This document shows, one piece after another, positions 47,454 through 54,826 of a stretch of DNA of 54,826 bases. The DNA is from a virus (Duplodnaviria; Heunggongvirae; Uroviricota; Caudoviricetes), in the IMG/VR virus record IMGVR_UViG_2687453585_000002; one strand, 5' to 3'. The first letter of the stretch is position 1. Each line of letters opens with the position of its first letter. The notes under the pieces were generated by a model. That model made no database searches. It was not told the DNA's origin and was given only the letters and a program-made list of their open reading frames with translations. The position numbers and the translations under genes are program-made.

Positions 47454-50360
47454 ATGACAGTAAAAATTTCTGGCGTGCTTAAAGATGGCACAGGAAAACC
47501 AGTACAGAACTGCACCATTGTGCTGAAGGCCAGACGAACCAGCAGCACGGTGGTGGTGAACACGGTGGCCTCTGAAAATCCGGATGAAGCCGGACGTTAC
47601 AGCATGGATGTTGAGCATGGTCAGTACAGCGTCACCCTGCTGGTTGAAGGTTTTCCGCCTTCACATGCCGGGACCATTACCGTCTATGAAGGTTCCAGAC
47701 CAGGTACGCTGAATGATTTTCTCGGTGCCATGACGGAGGATGATGTACGACCGGAGGCACTGCGCCGCTTTGAGCAGATGGTAGAAGAGGTGTCACGTAA
47801 CGCCTCCGCGGTTGCACAGAATACGGCAGCCGCGAAAAAATCAGCCAGCGATGCCAGTGCATCAGCCAGCGAGGCGGCAACTCATGCAACCGATGCTGCA
47901 GCCTCATCACGTGCCGCCAGCACGTCAGCCGGACAGGCCGCGTCGTCGGCTCAGTCAGCGTCTTCCAGCGCAGGAACGGCATCGACAAAGGCCCGTGAAG
48001 CAGCAAAAAGTGCTGCTGCTGCAGAGTCATCAAAAAGCGCGGCAGCTACCAGCGCCAGTGCCGCGAAAACGTCAGAAACGAATGCCGCAGCATCACAAAA
48101 ATCGGCAGCCACTTCTGCATCCACAGCGACCACGAAGGCGTCAGAAGCTGCCACCTCGGCACGGGGTGCGGCGGCCTCAAAAGAGGCAGCGAAATCTTCA
48201 GAAACGAATGCATCATCAAGTGCCAGTAGTGCAGCTTCCTCGGCAACGGCGGCAGGAAATTCCGCGAAGGCGGCAAAAACGTCCGAGACGAACGCTAAGT
48301 CTTCTGAAACAGCAGCGGGACAGAGCGCCTCAGCTGCGGCAGGTTCAAAAACAGCGGCTGCATTATCTGCCAGTGCCGCGTCAACAAGTGCCGGGCAGGC
48401 CTCAGCCAGTGCCACCGCCGCCGGAAAATCGGCAGAAAGCGCCGCATCATCCGCTTCAACAGCCACAACGAAGGCTGGCAAAGCCACTGAGCAAGCCACT
48501 GCAGCAGCGAGGTCTGCTTCTGCAGCAAAAACCTCTGAAACAAATGCAAAGACTTCAGCAGACAATGCTGCTTCCTCTAAGGCGGCAGCCGCATCGTCAG
48601 CCAGTTCAGCGGCGTCATCGGCATCATCTGCGTCTGCTTCAAAAGATGAGGCGACCAGACAGGCGTCAGCAGCAAAGGGCAGCGCCACGACGGCATCCAC
48701 GAAGGCGACAGAGGCAGCTGGCAGTGCGACGGCGGCAGCTCAGAGCAAAAGTACGGCGGAATCCGCGGCAACGCGCGCCGAGACAGCGGCAAAACGGGCA
48801 GAGGATATTGCATCCGCCGTGGCGCTTGAGGATGCGAGCACGACGAAAAAGGGGATAGTACAGCTCAGCAGTGCGACCAACAGCACTTCCGAGTCACTGG
48901 CGGCAACGCCAAAAGCGGTTAAGGCGGTAATGGGTGAAACGAACAAGAAAGCGCCCTTAAATAGTCCTGCACTGACCGGAACGCCAACAACACCAACTGC
49001 GCGACAGGGAACGAATAATACCCAAATCGCAAGCACGGCTTATGTTATGGCTGCGATCGCTGCCCTCGTGGACTCGTCGCCTGACGCACTGAATACGCTG
49101 AACGAGCTGGCTGCGGCGTTGGGCAACGACCCGAATTTTGCGACCACCATGACTAGCGCGCTTGCGGGTAAGCAACCGAAAGATGCCACCCTGACGGCGC
49201 TGGCCGGGCTTGCTACTGCGGCAGACAGGTTTCCGTATTTTACGGGGAATGATGTTGCCAGTCTGGCAACCCTGACAAAAGTTGGGCGGGATATTCTTGC
49301 GAAATCGACCGTTGCCGCCGTTATCGAATACCTCGGTTTACAGGAAACGGTAAACAAGGCTGGTAACGCCGTTCAGCGTTCCGGCGATAAAATGACCGGA
49401 GAACTGAAAATTGGCACGGTGAATGCGCTGCGAATTTTCAATGATGCCTTCGGTCTTATTTTCCGTCGTTCAGAAGATTTTCTTCATTTCATTCCGACGG
49501 CTGAAGGACAAGGCGAAAACGGTGATATCGGCCCATTAAGGCCATTCGCTATAAATCTGAGAACAGGTGCTATATCTGTCAGCCACGGGGCCAAAATTGA
49601 TGGTGGGCTGGCGCTTGGTACAGATAACGCACTGGGCGGTAATTCCATTACTCTCGGAGATAACGACACTGGTATTAAACAGGGCGGCGACGGTGTCCTT
49701 TTATTCTATTCAAATGGACAACTGGCATTTGGGCTTCAACCCGCATCTGCTGATTTTTATAAGCGGGTTGCATATATTCATCAGGGAATAATTCCTGATG
49801 GAAGTGGCGCATTTGCAGACCAGTTGAATAATGCCACCGCGCCTTTTGTTCAGACGCAGTTTGCCTGGAATCCCACTCCTGGTGGTCTTTACGTGCCGAT
49901 AGTTAAGGGCTTGTCCATTCGCAATGGACAGGGCTATCCCGGCGCGGTCAGCTTTGGGTATTTACTGACAGAACAGTATGGATTTCCGGTTCCATGTATT
50001 CATATGCGTGGCGATGGCGGTAATGATGCTTTATGGCAGTTTAACCCGAACGATAAATCCTTTATTTCACCGGGTGCTCTTATTGCGGGTGGCGTCCGTT
50101 ATAACACCGATGGAAATATATTTGGTGGGTGCTGGGGGTCAAACTTAAATGATTACCTGAATAGTTCTTTTATCAGAAATGTGCGTCTGGGAGGCAGACG
50201 TTCTGACACATTATATCGCGGAGGACTTTGCGAACCAGGTAATGGTCATGTGACAACAGGATTGCAAATTATTGGTGAGGTTGATGGAGATGACTGGATG
50301 GTGTCACGACCACTACAAAAATACATTTCTGGTAACTGGTATAACGTTGAACAGGCATAG
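47454..50360 (+). CDS. stf: side tail fibre protein (Stf-like) with Ala/Ser-rich repeat shaft
   Basis: 968 aa; long low-complexity A/S/T-rich region; C-terminal receptor-binding part lies within invertible segment. Confidence 0.8.
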   Translation: MTVKISGVLKDGTGKPVQNCTIVLKARRTSSTVVVNTVASENPDEAGRYSMDVEHGQYSVTLLVEGFPPSHAGTITVYEGSRPGTLNDFLGAMTEDDVRPEALRRFEQMVEEVSRNASAVAQNTAAAKKSASDASASASEAATHATDAAASSRAASTSAGQAASSAQSASSSAGTASTKAREAAKSAAAAESSKSAAATSASAAKTSETNAAASQKSAATSASTATTKASEAATSARGAAASKEAAKSSETNASSSASSAASSATAAGNSAKAAKTSETNAKSSETAAGQSASAAAGSKTAAALSASAASTSAGQASASATAAGKSAESAASSASTATTKAGKATEQATAAARSASAAKTSETNAKTSADNAASSKAAAASSASSAASSASSASASKDEATRQASAAKGSATTASTKATEAAGSATAAAQSKSTAESAATRAETAAKRAEDIASAVALEDASTTKKGIVQLSSATNSTSESLAATPKAVKAVMGETNKKAPLNSPALTGTPTTPTARQGTNNTQIASTAYVMAAIAALVDSSPDALNTLNELAAALGNDPNFATTMTSALAGKQPKDATLTALAGLATAADRFPYFTGNDVASLATLTKVGRDILAKSTVAAVIEYLGLQETVNKAGNAVQRSGDKMTGELKIGTVNALRIFNDAFGLIFRRSEDFLHFIPTAEGQGENGDIGPLRPFAINLRTGAISVSHGAKIDGGLALGTDNALGGNSITLGDNDTGIKQGGDGVLLFYSNGQLAFGLQPASADFYKRVAYIHQGIIPDGSGAFADQLNNATAPFVQTQFAWNPTPGGLYVPIVKGLSIRNGQGYPGAVSFGYLLTEQYGFPVPCIHMRGDGGNDALWQFNPNDKSFISPGALIAGGVRYNTDGNIFGGCWGSNLNDYLNSSFIRNVRLGGRRSDTLYRGGLCEPGNGHVTTGLQIIGEVDGDDWMVSRPLQKYISGNWYNVEQA
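49321..49346. repeat. DNA invertase crossover site (left inverted repeat) within stf
   Basis: TTATCGAATACCTCGGTTTACAGGAA is the near-perfect reverse complement (22/26) of the site at 52402-52427. Confidence 0.7.
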
Positions 50361-50375
50361 CCATCAGGAGAATAT

Positions 50376-50903
50376 ATGCAACATCTGAAAAATATTACCG
50401 CCGGAAACCCCAAAACCATTGAGCAGTATCAGCTTACGAAAAAAGCTGGCGTTATCTGGCTATATACAGAAGACGGTAAAAACTGGTATGACGAATTAAA
50501 AAACTTTCAGGATGATACTTTAAAAATAGCTTATGACCAGAAGGGGATTATTCGTTGTATTGAGAAAGACGTATCAACACTTAACCCTGACGGGTTAAGT
50601 GTTGTTGAGTTACCGAATATAACAGCCAACCGTCGCGCCGATATCTCGGGAAACTGGAAGTTTCTGGATGGTAAAGTAGTAAAGCGGGAATATACAAAAC
50701 AGGAACTGCAACAGCAGGCAGAGTTACAAAAAGCCGCTTTGCTTTCCGAAGCGGAGTCTGTGATTCAACCGCTGGAACGTGCTGTCAGACTGAATATGGC
50801 AACTGATGAGGAACGCACACGACTGGAATCATGGGAACGCTACAGCGTTATGGTCAGCCGTGTGGATACTGCAAAGCCTGAATGGCCACAGAAACCAGAA
50901 TAA
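50376..50903 (+). CDS. tfa: tail fibre assembly protein
   Basis: 175 aa; follows stf. Confidence 0.8.
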   Translation: MQHLKNITAGNPKTIEQYQLTKKAGVIWLYTEDGKNWYDELKNFQDDTLKIAYDQKGIIRCIEKDVSTLNPDGLSVVELPNITANRRADISGNWKFLDGKVVKREYTKQELQQQAELQKAALLSEAESVIQPLERAVRLNMATDEERTRLESWERYSVMVSRVDTAKPEWPQKPE

Positions 50904-50933
50904 CAACAAATTAAGGCCCGTACGGGCCTTTTC

Positions 50934-51467
50934 TTATTCTGGTGGTTCCGGGAATGTTACAGGAAGAACCGAGGTATCAGTTGTCTCAACCTGTTGCACG
51001 TATCGCATCCAGTTCATCAGTTGCTGTCTGTCTGAATCAGTGATAATCCCCAAAGTAAGCTGTGTTTGCCAGAACTGCGTTTTTTCTCTGGCCTGCTGTA
51101 ATAATATTTTTTTCTGGTTTTCCGTCTGTAGGCGCAACTCTTCTTCGGTATATACACGTTTAATGACTGCGCCATCTTTAAACATCCATTTACCTGAGTC
51201 GTCAGCACGCCGGTTGGCGGTAATATCAGGAATCTCAACGACGCTATAACCTTCAGGGTTAAGTGTGGAGGCATCTTTGGTTATGGCAACAATAATATTA
51301 TTTTCATCGTAAACAATCTTTATGGTGTCTGGCTGAAAGTTTTTCACTTCCTCATACCAGTTTTTTCCGTCCTCAGAGTAAAGCCAGATAACTCCGTGTT
51401 TCTTTGTTAACTCATACTGTTCCAGTGTTTTAGCATTACCCGCTTTTATGTTCTTTAAGTGCATCAT
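50934..51467 (-). CDS. tfa: tail fibre assembly protein (alternative, inverted orientation)
   Basis: 177 aa paralogous to the plus-strand tfa ([30 protein letters not shown]...). Confidence 0.8.
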   Translation of the reverse strand: MMHLKNIKAGNAKTLEQYELTKKHGVIWLYSEDGKNWYEEVKNFQPDTIKIVYDENNIIVAITKDASTLNPEGYSVVEIPDITANRRADDSGKWMFKDGAVIKRVYTEEELRLQTENQKKILLQQAREKTQFWQTQLTLGIITDSDRQQLMNWMRYVQQVETTDTSVLPVTFPEPPE

Positions 51468-51468
51468 A

Positions 51469-52416
51469 TTAAACGCTCGCTACATTATACCAGGTGCCAT
51501 TTATATACTTTTGAACGGGTCTGTAATAAACGCCCGCTATATTATCGGCAGAGTTAGACCCTGTATCCTGAACATTAATACCAGACAATACATGACCTGA
51601 AGGGCACTGGAAATTCCATGTTTGCCAGTTGTTCACTCCATAATATTGCTGTGAACCAAGTCGAACATCTTTCACATAACGGGAATCAAAGTTACCGTAA
51701 TCCGAGGGGTTAACACGCCCTGTAATATTTATGGTTTTATTACTTTGAATGCTTCCGGAGACAAAGCGCATAACATGGACGTTATTAGCATAAACATCCA
51801 GATTACCATCGCCATTTTGTTTAAAGCCCGTGTCATTATCACCCAATACAATCGAATTACCGCCAAGAGCACTGGATGTTCCGATACCCAGTGCACCATT
51901 CAGTTGACCACCAGATAACGGCAGTGCACCAACATCTCCTGCTGAAGGCTTTCTGGTGGTGGTGTAAAATTCGGACCAGTCGGCTTCAAAACCATAACCA
52001 TCACGGGCTGAACGATAAAAAATACCGCCATTTTTATAATTAATCCGAAACTGAGCTGCAGGACAACTTCCTTCTCCCATATAAAAATGAATAATTAACG
52101 TTGATGCACCACTAATAGTTGCGTTATAGGCTCCGCTACTCCAGTTCCATCCAACTGCTTTATCATTCGCAACGGTGCTTCCTGTTTTCCCTAAGGCAAA
52201 CGCACCAACATGACTTGCTTTTAATGTGATATCGGAGGAACCATCAAAAGCCACATTGCTTATTTTCCTGGCAGTTTTTAATTTTGCAGCTGTAGAAGCA
52301 TTGCCGGATAGTTCACCAGAAAGGCCACCGCTGAATGTTTGTCGATTAGTCCAGGTATTCGCTGTACTGAGTAACGGTATTTTCTCCCCGCTTGTGCCGA
52401 GTTCTCGTAAACCGAG
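51469..52416 (-). CDS. alternative tail-fibre C-terminal segment (promoterless, fused to stf on inversion)
   Basis: frame open from the crossover site (stop TAA lies inside site at 52420-52422); shares ALGGNSIxLGDNDTG block with current stf C-terminus. Confidence 0.65.
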   Translation of the reverse strand, partial: LGLRELGTSGEKIPLLSTANTWTNRQTFSGGLSGELSGNASTAAKLKTARKISNVAFDGSSDITLKASHVGAFALGKTGSTVANDKAVGWNWSSGAYNATISGASTLIIHFYMGEGSCPAAQFRINYKNGGIFYRSARDGYGFEADWSEFYTTTRKPSAGDVGALPLSGGQLNGALGIGTSSALGGNSIVLGDNDTGFKQNGDGNLDVYANNVHVMRFVSGSIQSNKTINITGRVNPSDYGNFDSRYVKDVRLGSQQYYGVNNWQTWNFQCPSGHVLSGINVQDTGSNSADNIAGVYYRPVQKYINGTWYNVASV

Positions 52417-52427
52417 GTTTTAGATAA
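52402..52427. repeat. DNA invertase crossover site (right inverted repeat)
   Basis: TTCTCGTAAACCGAGGTTTTAGATAA; partner of 49321-49346; just upstream of pin remnant. Confidence 0.7.
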
Positions 52428-52481
52428 TGGCGGTTTCTGGCCTGCATGGCATGATTTGTGCTTTTGGACGGGAGATTCAGC

Positions 52482-52740
52482 GTGCTGATTGGCTATGTAA
52501 GGGTATCAACAAATGACCAGAATACAGATCTGCAACGAAACGCTCTTGTTTGTGCAGGATATGAACAAATATTTGAAGATAAATTAAGCGGAACAAGGAC
52601 AGGCCGACCTGGATTAAAACGTGCTTTAAAGCGCCTTCAAAAAGGTGACGCACTGGTTGTCTGAAAACTGGACTGACTGGTTCACTGTATGCGGCATCTT
52701 GTCGTGCTGGTGGTGGAAGCCTAGAAAAAGTATCGGGTGT
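52482..52740 (+). pseudogene. pin: Pin/Gin-family serine DNA invertase, decayed
   Basis: N-terminal LIGYVRVSTNDQNTDLQRNALVCAGYEQIFEDKLSGTRTGRPGLKRALKRLQKGDALVV intact, then TGA where Trp is expected and further stops; replaced after ~52728 by a tfa 3' fragment. Confidence 0.7.
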
Positions 52741-52860
52741 TACTGAACCGTGTTGATACATCAACTGCACCTGATATTGAGTGGCCTACGAACCCTGTCA
52801 GGGAGTAATCATTGGGATTATGCCGCAGCACGTCTTAAGCAAGAACGTGCTGCGGTTGGA
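52728..52860. repeat. ~130-bp direct repeat (copy 1), tfa 3' end plus hairpin
   Basis: about 88 percent identical to 53780-53910; encodes ...[26 protein letters not shown]. Confidence 0.7.
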
Positions 52861-52862
52861 TG

Positions 52863-53531
52863 CTATTTTTTCCCTGAAGCGGAAAACATTACTACAGTAC
52901 CTTGAACCTTGGTTTTAACATTCTCGAAATGCTCTGAGAGTATATGTGTTAAGCCTTCTTCGGAATCTTTTGTGTTTGAAAAGATGCCTTTCTGATTGTA
53001 AATGCGCATCAGTTTTTGACCGAAGCTATTGTGCACAACTCCATCGCCAAGAATTGTGGCTCCGTATAGAGTTCCATCGTCAGTTAAGGCCTGCGCCGCA
53101 TTGCGTATTACACAGCTTTTTGTAGATATATTTCCAGGCAGGCAGTGAAGAAGGTAAAACATGGAAATGGAATCAAATTGACCATGTAACGCCGCGGGAT
53201 AAGGTTCAAAAACATCATGGCTAATTTTATGTTTAATTTTTGATTCCCCAGCCCTTGTAGATGCCGCGTTCAGGCTAGCTTCGTTCAAATCCATTAAAGA
53301 TATCAGACTACTCTCAGGTACGTGAGTAAGGTAAAACCCAGTTCCAACACCAATATCCAGATGGTTGTTACCTACATGTTCCAGAAAGTGTGGAAGAAGG
53401 TGTTCCTTTGTAGGACATCCCCATGCAAGCCGATTTGATACTCCCAAAACCCACCAGTCATAAAGCTTTAGGGTAAGTGGTGTGTAAATTTTAGCCCCAT
53501 CATCTGTGTTTTTTTTCATTGATTTCACCAT
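52863..53531 (-). CDS. class I SAM-dependent methyltransferase
   Basis: 222 aa; motif I LDIGVGTGFY; AT-rich relative to neighbours; flanked by ~130-bp direct repeats. Confidence 0.6.
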   Translation of the reverse strand: MVKSMKKNTDDGAKIYTPLTLKLYDWWVLGVSNRLAWGCPTKEHLLPHFLEHVGNNHLDIGVGTGFYLTHVPESSLISLMDLNEASLNAASTRAGESKIKHKISHDVFEPYPAALHGQFDSISMFYLLHCLPGNISTKSCVIRNAAQALTDDGTLYGATILGDGVVHNSFGQKLMRIYNQKGIFSNTKDSEEGLTHILSEHFENVKTKVQGTVVMFSASGKK

Positions 53532-53587
53532 GTTATAGTTTTATTTGTGAATTAAATCAATTATGGCGATGAATTACAAGGGGTTAA

Positions 53588-53857
53588 ATGCTGCCGCAGC
53601 ATAGCGATATTGAAATAGCCTGGTATGCTTCGATACAGCAGGAGCCGAATGGCTGGAAGACCGTCACCACACAGTTCTACATCCAGGAATTCAGTGAGTA
53701 TATTGCGCCACTGCAGGATGCTGTAGATCTGGAAATCGCAACGGAGGAAGAAAGATCGTTGCTGGAGGCATGGAATAAATATCGGGTATTGTTGAATCGT
53801 GTTGATACATCAACTGCACCTGATATTGAGTGGCCTGCAAATCCTGTCAGGGAGTAA
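53588..53857 (+). pseudogene. tail fibre assembly gene fragment (C-terminal part only)
   Basis: 89-aa ORF ending ...[31 protein letters not shown]-terminal half of a Tfa-like protein without N-terminal half. Confidence 0.5.
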
Positions 53858-53910
53858 TCATTGGGATTATGCCGCAGACACGTCGTATGCAGGAACGTGC
53901 TGCGGTTAGT
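53780..53910. repeat. ~130-bp direct repeat (copy 2)
   Basis: partner of 52728-52860. Confidence 0.7.
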
Positions 53911-54268
53911 TTGTGAGCTTTCGATAGTGGTTGTTATTTTTGCCCTTATTTGTTCCGGAGGCCATGGTTCAATGGTCCGTCTGCCCCCTGTGGTGATGTC
54001 AGCAAAATCAGCCACTGCGCGAACCACAATAGCCCGGGAAGATGCTGAAGATCACCAGGTAAAGCTGTCAGCGCAGAAACTGGAAGAACTGCTCGCATCA
54101 ATGGTTAAGGATGAGGTTGATCGCAATGATGGGATTTATTGACGTCAGCGAGAGCAGAAGGAAGAACTGAATAACCTGAATGATTTACGCTCAATCAGAG
54201 CGATGGCGATTAGCGGCAATCACGCTCGATAAAATTAACCCCGGTGATCATCCGGGGTTTTGCATTCA

Positions 54269-54826
54269 TTAAAACCGCATCAACCTTTCCACCAATTGTT
54301 CTTTACGGGCAACGATCCACCCATGTTGCTCCAGATAAAATTTAAACCGTTCCAGCGTGCATACCATCGCATCGGCGGGGACTTTTTCTGTGAACTCGAC
54401 CTGACCGTGTTTATCGAAGTGGATCAGTAATGCGCATCCATTATTTGGGGCGGGGGAGTTTTGTGCTGCAGGAGGACGTTTGTGGAGTTCTTCTTCCATT
54501 GCGTTAAATTTTTCAATGTAAGCTTCTTTTAGTCTGGCTGCTTTTTTGCCAGTAAATCCCATTACGAGGAACATGAAGCCGTCTTTTGTGATCAGGTAGC
54601 ATCGTGATTCACGTTCTGCGCCGTTGCCAATTTCGACAGTCTGAACATCGGCCGAAAAGTTGGCTGATGTAAATTCGGGAGAGCAGTCGAGTGTGTCAAT
54701 CTTAGCTAAAACGTGTTTATGTTGTTTATCGAAGTAGTCGGCAACAGCTTGAGAGGTGGTAACCAGGCGACCATCTTTGAAAAAGACTTTTGGTGACTCG
54801 TTAGAAAAAGTTATAGCTGTATTCAT
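54269..54826 (-). CDS. Rha-family phage regulatory protein
   Basis: 185 aa; N-terminal VTTSQAVADYFDKQHKHVLAKIDTL resembles Rha N-terminal domain; start ATG is the last 3 nt of the window. Confidence 0.6.
   Translation of the reverse strand: MNTAITFSNESPKVFFKDGRLVTTSQAVADYFDKQHKHVLAKIDTLDCSPEFTSANFSADVQTVEIGNGAERESRCYLITKDGFMFLVMGFTGKKAARLKEAYIEKFNAMEEELHKRPPAAQNSPAPNNGCALLIHFDKHGQVEFTEKVPADAMVCTLERFKFYLEQHGWIVARKEQLVERLMRF

Noticed and set aside
47812-48858. 348-aa plus-strand ORF and 249-aa minus-strand ORF (47951-48700) inside stf
   Set aside because: Alternate-frame artefacts of the GC-rich Ala/Ser-codon repeat region; products are low-complexity Arg/Pro/Gln or Ala/Asp strings
53861-54142. 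93-aa plus-strand ORF after the tfa fragment
   Set aside because: Begins inside the direct-repeat hairpin region with no RBS; low coding plausibility

Overview
This 54.8-kb window reads as one nearly complete, mosaic lambdoid prophage of an Escherichia/Enterobacteriaceae host (host call is inference from protein similarity recalled from memory). Left to right: int and xis (minus strand); a large DnaQ-like exonuclease; a dicB/dicF-type division-inhibitor operon including the DicF sRNA; a cI-like repressor and cro-like gene separated by GTAAC-N4-GTTAC operator palindromes; a replication module (YdaT-like, O-like with in-gene iterons, DnaC-like loader); a nin-like region (QueH-like DUF208 protein, hok toxin, DUF968, rusA); antiterminator Q with a downstream terminator; a DNA N6-adenine methyltransferase; two tRNAs (CAU and Arg-UCU); an AT-rich cargo locus sitting where Shiga-toxin phages carry stx (no stx genes present); a NanS-p-type esterase; a lysis cassette (S21-like pinholin, SAR endolysin, Rz/Rz1) broken up by a two-ORF insert, an IS911-like element and four small hydrophobic ORFs; HNH endonuclease, a cos-like repeat region and terminase; HK97-type head genes (fused protease-capsid, portal with 162-bp in-frame tandem repeats); lambda-like tail genes (V, G/GT frameshift, tape measure, M, L, K, I, J); lom split by an IS21-family element; stf/tfa inside a Pin-type invertible segment whose invertase gene is decayed; a class I SAM methyltransferase flanked by direct repeats; and a Rha-family regulator at the right edge. 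The best candidates for undescribed function are the cargo locus at 15965-17471, the two-ORF insert at 19692-20307, the small-peptide cluster at 22301-22812, the QueH-like gene, and the repeat-flanked methyltransferase at 52863-53531. All homology statements are from motif recognition and memory; no database search was run.
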